From Octopus bimaculoides (taxonomy: Eukaryota): a stretch of DNA of 64,000 nt. Location of the stretch: contig NC_068994.1 in the NCBI RefSeq assembly GCF_001194135.2, positions 57,353,194-57,417,193 on the forward strand. Reading direction: 5' to 3'. The notes under the pieces are model-generated. The model was given only the letters and a program-made list of their open reading frames with translations. It did no database searches and had not been told where the DNA came from. Numbering within the stretch: the stretch's first letter is position 1; each line of letters starts with the position of its first letter. The position numbers and the translations under genes were made by a program. Below are positions 39,763 through 52,813 of this stretch, one piece after another.

Positions 39763-40430
39763 TATCAAGAATTATAACCACTACAACCAAATAGCTTCAA
39801 GGCTACCATTCCTACCAAAACTTCAACCACCATTTCTTCGACAACTGTCATCGTGACCGAGACAATTGCGACCACAACAACCGCTAACTCCACTACCTCC
39901 CCCACCGCCATTACTGCAACTACCACTGAACCCACCCACCCCGCACTACTACAACCACAACTATCGCCATCAGCATCCTTCCATCACTGCCACTGCCACC
40001 ACCACCACCACCAGCAGCAGCACCACCATCATCTCTAAAACCTATGACAACCACTAACCACTACAACCGCTACCACCACCGTCACAAACATCACTAACCC
40101 CACCGCCACTTTCACCACCAGTAAAATCCCCACGACAACAACCACTACCTCCTTCGCCGCCTCCTCCATTATCCAATCGCCACTAAATAACTGCTGCTAC
40201 TACCACGTCTACCTTTATCCCCATTTTCGCCACTACAGCCACCACTAACCACAACACCACCATTCTCGCCCTCATCAACACCCCCTAAATAACAGCCATC
40301 ACAGCCACTGTCATCTTCACCATCACCACCACCGCTAACATAATCCCAATCAACAACATTTCTACTAGCACCGCTACTACTTTTCCCATTATCACCACTC
40401 CTTAAATGACAGTCACTGAAGCTATTTTGA
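38990..40430. repeat. Low-complexity (ACC/ACT/ACA)-rich block
   Basis: Degenerate trinucleotide repeats with a pure (CTA)n run at 39700-39760. Confidence 0.9.
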
Positions 40431-40627
40431 ACCCCACCATCGACAACACAACAGACCACCGTAACCTCTCCTTGAACCATTGTAACTGTCTCTCGCAACA
40501 CACAACTACAGCTCGAAGCATCACTAGCTTTTTTGACTGTCTTGTCTCTTGTAACAGCATTTCATCTTTTAAAAGTGAATCTTGTAGAGACCAAGTCTTC
40601 ACGAAGCCGAAATCTTTCGAATAAAAT

Positions 40628-40770
40628 ATCGTGGCGGCGTGGTAAAAAGCTTGCTTCCTAACCACATGGTTCCGGGCTCAGTCCCACTGCGTAGCATCTT
40701 CGGCAAATATCTTGTACAATAGCTTCGGGACAACCAAAAGCTTGAGTGGATTTGGTAGACAGAGACTACT
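40628..40770 (+). mobile_element. SINE family B, 5' half
   Basis: gtggtaaaaagcttgcttcctaaccacatggttccgggctcagtcccactgcg...gagtggatttggtagac. Confidence 0.9.
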
Positions 40771-40777
40771 GTCATTT

Positions 40778-40815
<38 letters not shown>

Positions 40816-40824
40816 GTTTAATTT

Positions 40825-41036
40825 ATTTCTTTATTGCCCACAGGGGGCTAAACATAGAAGGGACAAACAAAGACAAAAGGATTAAGTCGACTACATCGAC
40901 CCCAGTGCGAAACTGGTACTTATTTAATCGACCCCGAAAGAATGGAAAGCAAAGTCGACCTCGGCGGAATTGGAACTCAGAACGTAACGGCAGACGAAAT
41001 GCTGCTTAGCGTCCAACGTGCTAACGATTCTGCCAT
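40825..41036 (-). mobile_element. SINE family A, tail type iii
   Basis: Core gtcgacctcggcggaattggaactcagaacgtaac. Tail (rc) aatccttttgtctttgtttgtcccttctatgtttagccccctgtgggcaataaagaa. Confidence 0.9.
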
Positions 41037-41439
41037 CTCAGAGGATAAAATAGCCTCATTAATTTTCTGTTATATATATATAAGCTTGAACACTTACAAA
41101 GGGCTTGGAAATCCGATAATATTGGATTGGGTAAATGTACATCTTTTTTTTTAAATCATTACTATTACCCTCACCAGTTAATTACTGCGCTGCTTAACAT
41201 ACCTGTCGTGCAATATTGAGGTTCTTCTAATTTTCCTCTTTACCTGTTTCATGTAAAACAACGTAAAGGGAAAAACATTTAACGGTGCAATTTTTTATAA
41301 AGTCTCTTTGTGAAGTTGTAACGATTTTAAGGGTTATCTATGTTCTGTTTTTACATCCGGTTTGATGCCCTCTCCAGCCCCTTTTCAGGCTCCTGCTACT
41401 ACTCCTGCTTCCTCTCCACCTTCGTTGTTGCATTGATTT

Positions 41440-41449
41440 TTGTTGTTAC

Positions 41450-41501
<52 letters not shown>

Positions 41502-41890
41502 TGTTATTATTATTATTATTTGTCTTCGATACAGTAATCAAATGTTTCGTACTTTCGTTGTCCTTGTGGCAAATAGACAAATCTCCATCATCATCATCAT
41601 CATCGTCGTCGTCGTCATCGTCATCATCATGGCCACCATCATCTTCACCGACTCCTCCTCTCCCTTTCCCCCACCCACTCAATTCTTTAAACACTTCATC
41701 AGCATTCTGTCGGCTTCTACTCGCTCTTTTCTTCAACCAGAAACTTCTATACATTGCCTCTGTTTTATTTATTTATTCATTTGTTTGTATATTTTGGTAG
41801 TTTTTGCCATTTGTTATTTTCTTTTCTTTCCGGCCTTTCTCTTATCAATCCTCTCTAACTTGTACTTCTTATTGTCTTGTCTTGAGAAGT

Positions 41891-41937
<47 letters not shown>

Positions 41938-42282
41938 TATTTAGTTTCATGTTTGCTCTCATATAACAGGTTTATACACACAGATACGCAGTCATGGACA
42001 CAAAGACGTACAAAGAAAGATAGCTACACCCACACAAACACACACACACACAGAGAGAAACAGGCATTTAGATACATATTTACTCTCATACACATAGATA
42101 CACACACAGAAATAGAAACACAGATACACACACACACATACACACACAGAAACAAAGACACCCACGTATTCTCTAAACCAAACACTCGCACAAACATATT
42201 AAGACATACAAAGAGATACTGGCATGCGAAAATATACACATGCAACGCACACATACGCATAAAGACATTCAAACATGACGAC

Positions 42283-42324
<42 letters not shown>

Positions 42325-42800
42325 CACACACAAAAGGGAGACTTGCCACACCAGAGTTATACACAAACAGATCGAAAGCCGTCCAGACATACATCCAAAC
42401 CTCCAACAACACCGTTATTCCTTGTAAAAACAAAACGGTAAGAGGCCCACCAAATAAAACGTCAGTGACACACAGTAGTGTCCTGTAGGCATGAAAGCCA
42501 GCACGTCTCGTTCACCTTTCTGACATAGCTGTCATCCTTCCAGAATTTGCAAGTTCTACGGAACAAAGGAAACCATTTCTTCTGCCCGGATTCTCTCCCC
42601 ACGCCGTCACCACCGCCAAACCAACTTTTTTTTGTTTTCTTTCTTCATTCAGCATTTCTTCTTCTTCTTCTTCTTCTTCTTCTTCTTCTTCTTCTTCTTC
42701 TTCTTCTTCTTCTTCTTCTCTGTCCCCCTCCTCATCATCATCATAGTCGTTCTTTTTCTTCTTTCTCTTTATTTCTTGATCGTCATCATCATCATCATCG

Positions 42801-42831
<31 letters not shown>

Positions 42832-42884
42832 CTTTATCATTATCATCAACGTCGTCACCGTTCTTCTCCTTCTACTACTACCAT

Positions 42885-42931
<47 letters not shown>

Positions 42932-43370
42932 TTTTCAACTTCATCTAAACCGTCTTCATCACCAACACCATCTTCATCATCATCTTCTTCTTCTCCGCCT
43001 CCCCCCCTCGTCCCCTTCTTCCCTCCTTCCCTCCCGCCATCCCTCTTGATTTCTTGTGGCTTGTTGGTCTGATGTTATTGTTATCTTATCTTCACCGTTT
43101 TTATTAGCCACAACTTCTGCTGTTGTCAGACACAAAACCTCTTCGCCTCGAACCAGTTCTCCACACTTTTACAACTCAACACTCCCCACCACCACCACCG
43201 CCACCCCTACACATCTCCTAGATTTGGTTTAGTCTGGTTCGGTTTCTTTTGTGTTCGTGTTTACTTCATAGCTTCATCGCCATGATCATCAACTCCATCA
43301 TCATCATCAACTCCATCATCATCATCATTATTGTTGTCGCCGCGGTCGTCGTTGTCGTAGTAGTGGTGGT
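41440..43370. repeat. Chain of microsatellites: (ATT)n, (CAT)n, (CA)n, (CTT)n, (ACT)n
   Basis: Direct reading. Confidence 0.93.
42516..42555 (-). CDS. Candidate 40-nt exon (xTCKFWKDDSYVRK or xLANSGRMTAMSE)
   Basis: Acceptor tttcctttgttccgtag|, donor AAAG|gtgaac. Two frames open. Confidence 0.22.
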
Positions 43371-43383
43371 GGTAGTGTTTTTT

Positions 43384-43730
43384 GGTTGCAAGAGATAGTT
43401 GTGTGTCACAACAGATTATTGTGTTACAGAATATAGCTATGTTACAAAACATATAGTTGTGTTACAAGAAGTCAAGTTACAAAAAATGTATGTAGTTGTT
43501 ACAAGAAGTAGTTGTGTGTCACAACAGATTATTGTGTTACAGGATACTGTAATGTTGCAAAAAAATATAGTTGTGTTACAAAAAGTAGTAGTCGAGTTAC
43601 AAGAGTTAGTTGTGAATCACAACAGAAGCAGTCATGTTACACGAGCCTGTTGTGATGTTACAATAATTAGTAATGTTATAAGCGACAATGATGTTACAAG
43701 ATCACGTGATGCAAAAATATTTTTAGTTAC
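43384..43730. repeat. Degenerate minisatellite anchored on GTTACA (about 15-22 nt period)
   Basis: 11 exact GTTACA by my count plus about 7 variants. 34-nt exact duplication at 43396-43429 and 43509-43542. Confidence 0.88.
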
Positions 43731-43749
43731 TTTTTCTTCAGTTTAGCCA

Positions 43750-43877
43750 AAGCAAATCGATTCCAGGACTTGTTTTTTAAAGCCAGGCACTTTTTCTGTC
43801 GGTCAGTTTTACAGGGACGTAAACAAACCGACAACGGTTGTCAAGCGGAAGTGGGGAACAAACACAAACGCGTATAC

Positions 43878-43908
<31 letters not shown>

Positions 43909-43980
43909 TGTATGTATGTATATACTATGTATGTATGTATGTATGTGTGTGTGTGTGTATAATTCTTTCAGATTACCAAA
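43750..43980 (-). mobile_element. SINE family B, 3' portion
   Basis: gcaaatcgattccaggacttg...gacgtaaacaaaccgacaacggttgtcaagcg matches 30645-30760. Confidence 0.82.
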
Positions 43981-43990
43981 TCTCTTAGAA

Positions 43991-44257
43991 GGCACAGGCT
44001 TGGCTGTGTGGTAAGAAATTTGTCTCCCAGCCACCTGGTCCCGAGTTCAGTCCCACTGCGTGGCACCTTGGACGAGTGTCTTCTGCTATAGCCTCGCGCC
44101 AACCAAAGCCTTGCGTGCAGATTTGGTACAGGGAAGCTGAAAGAAGCTCGTCGTATATCCGTGTGTGTGTGCGTGCGTGCGTGCGTATCTGTGTTTGTCC
44201 GCCATTACCGCTTGACTACCAATGTTGGTGTGTTTACCTCTCTGTAAGTTAGCGGTT
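43991..44257 (+). mobile_element. SINE family B, head plus body
   Basis: gcacaggcttggctgtgtggtaagaa...cagtcccactgcgtggcaccttgg...ccgcttgactaccaatgttggtgtgtttac. Confidence 0.92.
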
Positions 44258-44681
44258 AACTAAGACGTTAGGTGTTAAGGAATATTTGGTTAACATTTTT
44301 AGTAGGTCGTGGAACCACGTAGATGCCTTCCGTCGGTTTGACTGCGGAAGAAGACATGTTATGTCGTATGTGTAATGTTAAGAGCTTCTTGGAAATAAAT
44401 GTGATGTGTTGGCGTTGTTTGTATACAACTTTTGTAAGGGCTTGGATGGGAGAGAGAGCGGGGGTAGAGAGAAAGTGAGAGAGAGAGAGAGAGACAATGA
44501 AACAAAGCAACAGGAGGAACTGAAGAAGAGAAAGAGAGAAGCAAGTAAGATCGAGAAAGAGAGAGAGGCAGACAGACGGACAGACAGAGAGGATGAGAGT
44601 GAGAGAAAGAGTAGGAGGGAAGCAAGCGAAGGAATATAAACGGGCAGAAACACTGAGTGGGTACGGAAAAGGGTCAGAGAG

Positions 44682-44810
<129 letters not shown>

Positions 44811-45039
44811 ACGAGAAGGGACAGAATGTGAAGAAACTACGAAGAACAATTAATGACGAGGACAAGGAAGAATTCTTCGAACAGAGCAGATTTATGAGGG
44901 TTTATTTTTCTCTTTTCTGTTTGTTTTTCTCTTCTTTTTTTTTTGCTCCTTGCTAGGGTGGAGATGACCAAACGATAGGGTTAATGGCATAAACAGGAAG
45001 CCTATGCAACTTACCCGAGAGGGACAATTACGCCCTGCT

Positions 45040-45472
45040 ACTGCTGCTGCGACTACTACTACTACTACTACTGCTGGAGGTTGTGATTTTAATGATGGCG
45101 GCGGTAGTGGTAATAGTGGTGGTGGTGGTGGTTGTGGTAGTTGTGTGTTATTGTGGTGGTGGTGGTGGTGCTGGTGGTGGAGGATGGTGGTGGTAGTACT
45201 GCTTATGTTGGTGGCATAGATGTCAGTAGTAATGGTGGTTGGGGGAGGTGGGCGACAGTGTTGTTGGTATCGATGGTGGTGGAGATGGTGGTGGAGCTGG
45301 TGGTGGCGGCGGCGGCGGTAATGGACGGAGTAGCGGCGGTATTGGCATAGATGGTGGTGGTGACGGTGGTTGTCGAGGTTGTGGCATGGGCCACAGTGGT
45401 TCGTGATTATTGTTATAATAGCGTCCGTATAGGTGGTTGTAGAGGTGATAGTAAGTAAAGGTTTCAGTGACT

Positions 45473-45532
<60 letters not shown>

Positions 45533-45870
45533 ATAGCTGCAGTAATAGTAGTAGTAGTAGTAGTTGTAGCAGCAGCAGTATAAACTAGTGATAGTAGAAG
45601 TAGCAGTACTAATAGTAGCAGCAGTAATAGTTGTGGTTATGGTGGTGGTAGTGGTGGTGGTGGTGGTGGTGTTTGGTTAAGTGGTTGAAACAGTCGTATC
45701 GATGTTTGTATTAATAAATGAGATGGTGGTGGTGGTGGTGGTGGTGGTGGGGATATCGGTAGAGGTAATGGTATTGATGGTTACAGTGGTGGTGGTGGTG
45801 GTGGTTCAGCTGGAGGTATTGATTGCAGTGGAGACGGTGTTGGTGGTGGAAGTTATGTTGATGGTATCGC
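45040..45870. repeat. Low-complexity (GGT/AGT)-rich block
   Basis: Degenerate trinucleotide repeats with a pure (AGT)n run at 45473-45530. Confidence 0.9.
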
Positions 45871-46550
45871 CAATGACTGAAATAAATAAATACACGACTA
45901 AGATTCAGGGATCCAAGTGTAGGAAGCTTGTTCGATTGAAGCAGTTAGTGGCAGGTATAGAGAACAAAGATTGGACAGCGTACGATCAGTAGCCATTACA
46001 TCAAAGGATCAGCTAGCGAAGAAACATATGTAGCCTGCATTTTATTCGTTCCCCTCCTTCAATTTGGATATAGATAGATAGACAGACAGGCAGACAAACA
46101 GACAGATATTCCAACGGTTTTCCTATTGTCTCCTTTCATTGCATACTCGAATGGCAATCGATGTCTTTATGTAAATAATTTTACTAATTTTTTGTTATTG
46201 ATATATGACCCCGGGCATTCCAATATTATTTTTTGTATTCGGTGTAGATGTTTAATCTTGGAGCTTTCCTTATTTATTCGTGTTATTTATTTTTTTTTTT
46301 TTTCATTTTCCCAAAAATGAAAGTTAAGTTGTCCCCCATTGCTATTTGGATTCCTTCCACTTTTCGTAATCTTTCGCAAATACATTTATCTCTATTCACA
46401 TATGCATACATACATACAAACACGCAAACGCACACACAAATACACACATAAATACATACACACATACATACACACATACATACACACATGCATAACTACA
46501 TCTATCTATCTATCTCAATCTCTCTCAATCTCTCCCTCTTTCTCTATCTC

Positions 46551-46587
<37 letters not shown>

Positions 46588-47043
46588 ATATATATATATG
46601 GTTTCTTCATTTATTTTATAAACATAATTTTTGTCTGCTGCAATTGATATATATAGACGAGAGTAGATATTCTGTAACCTGATGGTCTTTGACACTAATG
46701 CCTACATGATCCCCTCTTAATCTTCTCGTCTGGGTAAACCAACATATCCCTGATTACAGTAAATTTGACATTCTCTCAAATGTTTTATGGTGTATTCTAA
46801 GTTAGCATTGCTAACAACATACATTTTTTTCTCTCTTGTGGTTATTTCGACATAGCTTCCTATATACGAATCTTCAAAAACTGTTTTTATTATATTCTGT
46901 TTTGGCTAAGACAGGATAACAGAAACAATTTGATAGTTTCTTCACAGTTGACACATATTTTTTACAATTTAGTTGCTTTATTATGCTCTTTTGTTAGTTT
47001 CGGGCGCGAAAGCTTTCTTTTTATGATTATTGTTACTGTAAAA

Positions 47044-47200
47044 ACGGCGCAGAATCGTTAGCACGCTGGCCGAAATGCTTAGCGGTATTTCACCCGTCTC
47101 TACATTCTGAGATCGAATACCGTTGAGACAGTGAGGTTGATGAAATCGAATTACACCCCACTCCCGAAATTGCTGGCCTTGTCCCAAAATTTGAAACCAA
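47044..47200 (+). mobile_element. SINE family A with central deletion, tail type ii
   Basis: gcagaatcgttagcacgctggccgaaatgcttagcggtatttc...gaaattgctggccttgtcccaaaatttgaaaccaat. Confidence 0.87.
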
Positions 47201-48171
47201 TAATGATAACGAGATTGACAAGAACAACGAGTCAACGAAGAACCCTGAGGCAGTTGCTGTATTGGCACAAAATAGCAGTTAGATCTCCCTCATTTTACAT
47301 TCTATCGTTTAAAATCAAAGTAGGATGGTGGAAATGCTAATGAAACATAGTTTAATGTGGTTCTAAATGTGACGTCTTTGAGACAAACCTCTAAAACACG
47401 AATAAATGGGAAGGTCACGGGTGGAATGTCTTTGACGATAGGTGAATCGAATCAGCACTGGCCTGAGGCAAAACAACAGCACTAAACCAAAGCAATAAAA
47501 CCCTCAGACACATCAATAAATATATTACAAGAAAAATAAATACCAGAGCCACGACAACAACAACAATTATGGTCCCTCTACCGTTTACAAGTATCAAATG
47601 TCTGCCAAAAAGGGGGCGAAATAGAAGGGGGCGAAGAAAAGGTAAGGGGCAACAAGGGGGTGGCGAAAGCTATCAATCCCATAATTCACAGCAGGATCAT
47701 TTTGACCGATGCCAACTTGAAGAAAATTCTTCATTTTGATCACACCATATCTCATTGTTATGTCAACAATGTGTTACATACACACGTACGTACACACGCA
47801 CACATACAGAGTCATACATACAGACACATACAGACACATAGATAGTCACAGGCATACACATACGCACCGAAATATAATAAACATATACACAGGTATACAT
47901 ACATTGAAAACCCTGACGCGCACGCAAAGACCACCATGGGACTCGCAGACGTCTTTCACGTTTTCATGCCAGCTGCGTCTTCTGCAACATTGTTGTCATC
48001 GCTGTCAACAGGGGAGCACATCGTCATCACCACCACCACCATCAACATCATGATCATGATCATCATCATCCTCATCATCATCATCATCACCAACTCATTA
48101 TTACCGCCAGCAGAATCATCATCTTCAATAGCAGTAACAAGCTGTATCATCCTCAAAATTTAACAACAGCG

Positions 48172-48237
<66 letters not shown>

Positions 48238-48900
48238 TCACTACTATCAATATACTTCTTCCTTCCTCTCATCATCGACATCATCACCATAACCATCAGC
48301 ATCCAAATCATCATTGTCCACCATCACCACCTGACCGCCCCCACCCCGCAGTCATCACAATGCCTGTTCCATTCCTCTTCATTACCATTCTATACATACA
48401 CACCCCACACGCAAAACCACACCCCTCACACACGAACAAGACGTTGTACTCCACCCTCACCCCAGCACCGATCACACACACACATACTCTTCTTTTTTCT
48501 TTCCTCTCTCTCTCTCTCTGCCTCCCTCTCTCTCTCTCGATTCTCCTCCCACCTTCACCGCTGCCATATCTCTCCCATAGCAATACGACTGCTGTCATCA
48601 AGACTACACGATAATATGGCAACACCATTCTCTTGCGATTGCCAATTAAATTGTCGTCTTCTGATACGCCTTGCCCAAGCCTCCTCACTAAATATTTCTT
48701 CCTGCCTCTTTTTTTTTTTTGTCTCCTTCATCTTCCCTATCCACGCCCAGGCCACGTCGAGAACCTGTGAGCTCATCACATTATTCTGGCATCTCTCTCA
48801 TATTTTCTCTCACTCAACGGCGACCAAATTTTCACTAACAGCTTTAAACTAGACAAACTTTAACAATTTGTTAGTCCTCAGCCAATAAAAGACTTGAATC

Positions 48901-49115
48901 AGGTAGCGAGCTGGCAGAATCGTTAGCATACCGGACGAAATGCTTAGCGATATTTCGCCCGTCGCTGCATTCTGAGATCGAATCCCGCTGAGGTCGACTT
49001 TGCCTTTTGTCCTTTTGGGGTCGATAAATTAAGTAACAGTGAAACACTGGAGTCGATGTAATCGACTCCTACTCTTCCCCAAAAATTTCAGGCCTTGTGC
49101 CTATAGTAGAAAGGA
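48901..49115 (+). mobile_element. SINE family A, full length, tail type i with (ATT)n
   Basis: gcgagctggcagaatcgttagc...gaggtcgactttgcc...caggccttgtgcctatagtagaaaggattattattatt. Confidence 0.94.
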
Positions 49116-51449
49116 TTATTATTATTGTGCCACGCCCAGACATTTCAGAAATGATGGTTGCGTTGATATTTCTGTAGCTTAAACGGTACCACGAATAACA
49201 GCACTGCCAGAGGTCTACGGTTGGACCTTTAAGGTAATTGCATCCATATCTTTGGAGGTGGGATACGTTGAATGCACTCGAAAAAAACCTATGGAAAAAT
49301 TTATTTCGCACCGAGGTTACGAACGGTCTTTTACGAAATATTTACCGTATTTTTAATGTCATTTTCACTTTAAAATATTGATTAAATATGCCCCCAAAAA
49401 TTTTGTAATGTTATTCACTTGAAAATAATTTTAAAAGACATTAAAATATTGTCTGTTTAAAGAAAGCTAAAATATAAATACTTACTGTACAAACAACTTA
49501 CATTTTTTAAATTACATTCACTTAAAAATATTTCTAAATGATTAAGATATTGTGTTTAACAAAAGCGAAAATAGAAACGTTTACTGTAAAAAGCAAATTG
49601 TACTTTTTCGTTGTCAAGTTACTGTGTCTAATCGAAAGGTAAGGGTTTCTTCCCTTTCAGGATTAGGTTATTTTCAGAATATTTTTCCATTTGGCTGGGT
49701 AACATTGCAAGCAAGTAAGCAAACAAGCAAGATTCAAGCTGACTTTTTAATGTATTATATATATATATTACGTTTGTGCATGTGTGTGTGTATATGTGTA
49801 TGTGCTTATATGTGTGTGTGTGTCCGTGTGTATTTCTAGGACTGAGAGCCAATGGGGTAGGCCTCTGTGTTATATTTAATTGACACTACACTCTTTCTCC
49901 CTTACATCAAATAAATTTACTTGGGTATGCTTGGACCAACGACAGAGATGAGACAACTATAGAAGTATCAGGCCATTCACTCAAAACTTTCAATCAACAA
50001 GAAGTTTTTTGCAAGGTATAAAAATCTGATAAGTATAGCTGCCAAATCTCTTTCCAATAAAACGCTGCTTTCTCATAGATATTATTGAGTTTATCTAAAC
50101 CAACAAACGAGATGTGCCCCTCTTAGTTCCACATTTCACATAAAACCAGTTCGGCAGTTCCCCAAACTAGATTAGTCTTCACATTTAGGAATCACTGTCT
50201 GTCTATGGTAGCATGTGTGTGTGAGAGAGAGAGAGAGTCTGTGTACGCGTGTGTGTGTGTAATTATGTACGTATGTATGTACGTATGTATGTACGCATAT
50301 GTGTGTGTATGTGTGTGAGTGTGTGTACGTACGTGTGTGTATGTATGTACGTATGTATGTACGTATGTATGTACGAATATATATATTTATTTATTTTGTG
50401 TGTGCGCGCGCGTGTACTGCAACACTCTCGCTCGTTACTTTATCTTTCACGGTGAGAATTTTTATTCTTTGTTAAAAACCAATTTCATTGAACCCAGTTT
50501 TAGAGTTTCTTTGAGTGTTTATTTGCCCTATTTGTACATAAGTAAAGTGCGATTGTTGGAAACTGCGACAAGGAAAATCGATAGAGAACTCAGGGAGATA
50601 GAAGAGGAGGAGGAGCGAGGCGGGGGAGGATTGTAAATGGGATGAATGGAAATGGAATGAAGACAAACTATGCCCTGAAGTCATAAAGATGGAGTAGATC
50701 TCGTTTTTGAAAAAGGATATGATATTTTTAGGGGCTCTCTTTCTTTAATTTTATTTCATTTTATTTATTTATTTATTCATTCATTCATTTATTTTGCGAA
50801 ATTAGAAATAAATTAGAATAAGCGATAAGTGGTGAAGAAAGTTTGTGAATAAATAAGTGTCAAATTGTCAGACAAAAATATAATCATTCGTTGTTTTGTT
50901 TTGTTTGTTTTCTCTTTTAATATCCCGTTTATTCTTTAAATATCGCTTTATTCATTTATAAGAAGAAAATAAAACAAGAGCAATGATTTGAAAATATGTT
51001 TTAGAAATTTCGAAACCGAATTTCAAGCCAATGTCTCTATTTCAATGAGATATTGTTATCGAAAGAATAAAGTTTGTGATGCACAGACGATAAAATAATT
51101 ATAACAGCAATTTCAGTTCGTTTAGAGTGGAACATTATTGTATGAAAAAGAAAAAGAGAAATATACAGTCTATAGCAAGTCACCATTTTTGTAATAAGAA
51201 ATGAAACAATAATTACAGGATCCTGGGGCGTTATTAGTAAACACAACTCATTAATGTATGGCTAGCTATTTACAAGTAATTTCCCTTGAACTGGAGACAG
51301 ATTAACGAGGCGCTCGTGACGTTATTGAGGCAGCCTAACAAGTGTACACGGCAGCGCACGTCTCGCATTTCGTCAGAAAACATCAGGGTTAATAGATTGA
51401 AACTAATATAGATTTGTGTGGGTTTGTGCAATAGAGAGAAGAGGGAGAT

Positions 51450-51498
<49 letters not shown>

Positions 51499-51500
51499 AA

Positions 51501-51625
51501 GAGGGAGATAGATAGAGATTGGGGGAGATAGATCGAGATTGAGGGAGATAGATAGAGATTGGGGGAGATAGATAGAGATTGAGGGAGATAGATAGAGATT
51601 GAGGGAGATAGATAGAGATTGAGGG
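51501..51625. repeat. 20-bp minisatellite (GRGGGAGATAGATAGAGATT) x6
   Basis: Six consecutive units 51501-51620 plus a partial unit. Confidence 0.96.
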
Positions 51626-52592
51626 AAATAAAGGGAAAGAAAGAGACAGAGAGACTGTAACGTGCAAGCCAAACACACAACACACATATATTTAACCTTT
51701 TGTTGAAATGTCAGTGTTCTCTTCGATTCTTGTTCCGTTATTCCGTTATAAGAGATCAGGACATTTGTTTCCGCTCTTTGATTTTTTATAGAACAACGGA
51801 ATTCCTATAATAATCGCAGATGAATTATATTCGATATGAAAAGAAAAATAAATAAAATAAAACTAAGTTAGACTGTTAATCATATGGATGAACCTCGAGG
51901 TTCTGTAGGACGAGTATTTGTTCTGGTCCTTTATAGAATCTAATAATCTAATATAGAATAATAATCGGTTATGGATAATTTTTGCTAAGACTTCACCTAT
52001 TTACTGAAGCTGTTAAAACGTCAGTTATTTACTGAAGCCCTTACAGTAGTTAGAATAATGTCCTTGGGAGAAAGGCAGTAGAACATATCAAGTAAATTTG
52101 AGACAGGGGTAGTTATGGATATTGTAAAGCATTTATTTCGTTAAATTGTCTGAACAACAGGCGTTTCAATCCTACCACTTACGAGAGCCAAAGAAAAAAA
52201 AAAAGGAACATGCATTGACCCTGCCATGCTCAAAAGATGAAGTTGCGTAGTATAATGGTTAAGTTGCGAGGCTGTCGATTTCGGCTCACTTCAAGAACCT
52301 TTATTTCAACTGCTGTTATAAGCTTTAAGCGACGAGTCACAGGCTCTAAATGTTTGAGCAGGTTTTTATCTAGGCTTTTGCATGCAGTTTTTCTATAAGC
52401 CAGCCGTACACAACCCTATCTTGCATCGAAAATAAAGCCCAGTCTACACTAGCACTGTAAATCGAAACATGCCCAAAGAAGCCTCTAGATGTCTGAAGGA
52501 ATTGGCTCATCCTGATCCTGTCAGAGCATAAGCGGCCGCTCGTCTGCACGTATTCCCTTCGTTGCCGTTAACATCCAGTGGCATCGACTTAC

Positions 52593-52813
52593 TGTCTGGT
52601 TCCAAGATGATTCCCCGTATTTCCAAGTTTAATGATTTCCAGAAGAACATTGTCAACCCACCTCGGGACCTCGACAGATACACAAAATTAGTAGAACTCA
52701 TAGACATAGAAAATTGGCACGAGAGTATTCGCTCAAGAATTTCATTTGGTTTTCTCTTTGGTTGAGAAGGGAGAATTCAATAGCTTTCCTTAAAGAGTTT
52801 TGTAAAACTTCTT
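52593..52813 (-). CDS. Candidate exon of an unidentified gene; reading frame unresolved
   Basis: Strong acceptor ctcttttatgttttgcttctttaag| and donor ACA|gtaagt. One frame gives MSMSSTNFVYLSRSRGGLTMFFWKSLNLEIRGIILEPD (ATG 52707), another EVLQNSLRKAIEFSLLNQRENQMKFLSEYSRANFLCL*. Confidence 0.3.

Noticed and set aside
41440-42441. 333-aa ORF, the longest in the track
   Set aside because: Composed of translated (ATT)n, (CAT)n and (CA)n repeats.
43384-43730. CRISPR-like appearance of constant word plus variable spacer
   Set aside because: Anchor is only 6 nt, spacers are 9-16 nt and mutually related, there are no cas genes, and the context is eukaryotic.
43991-44065. tRNA-like A/B boxes (also at other SINE heads)
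   Set aside because: They are SINE 5' heads continuing into family-specific bodies. I found no complete cloverleaf.
52700-52813. LRKAIEFSLLNQRENQMKFLSE resembles the IS66 transposase KAIxYALNQW..FL segment
   Set aside because: Short match lacking the following DNNxxER motif, and no other bacterial features. Likely chance.
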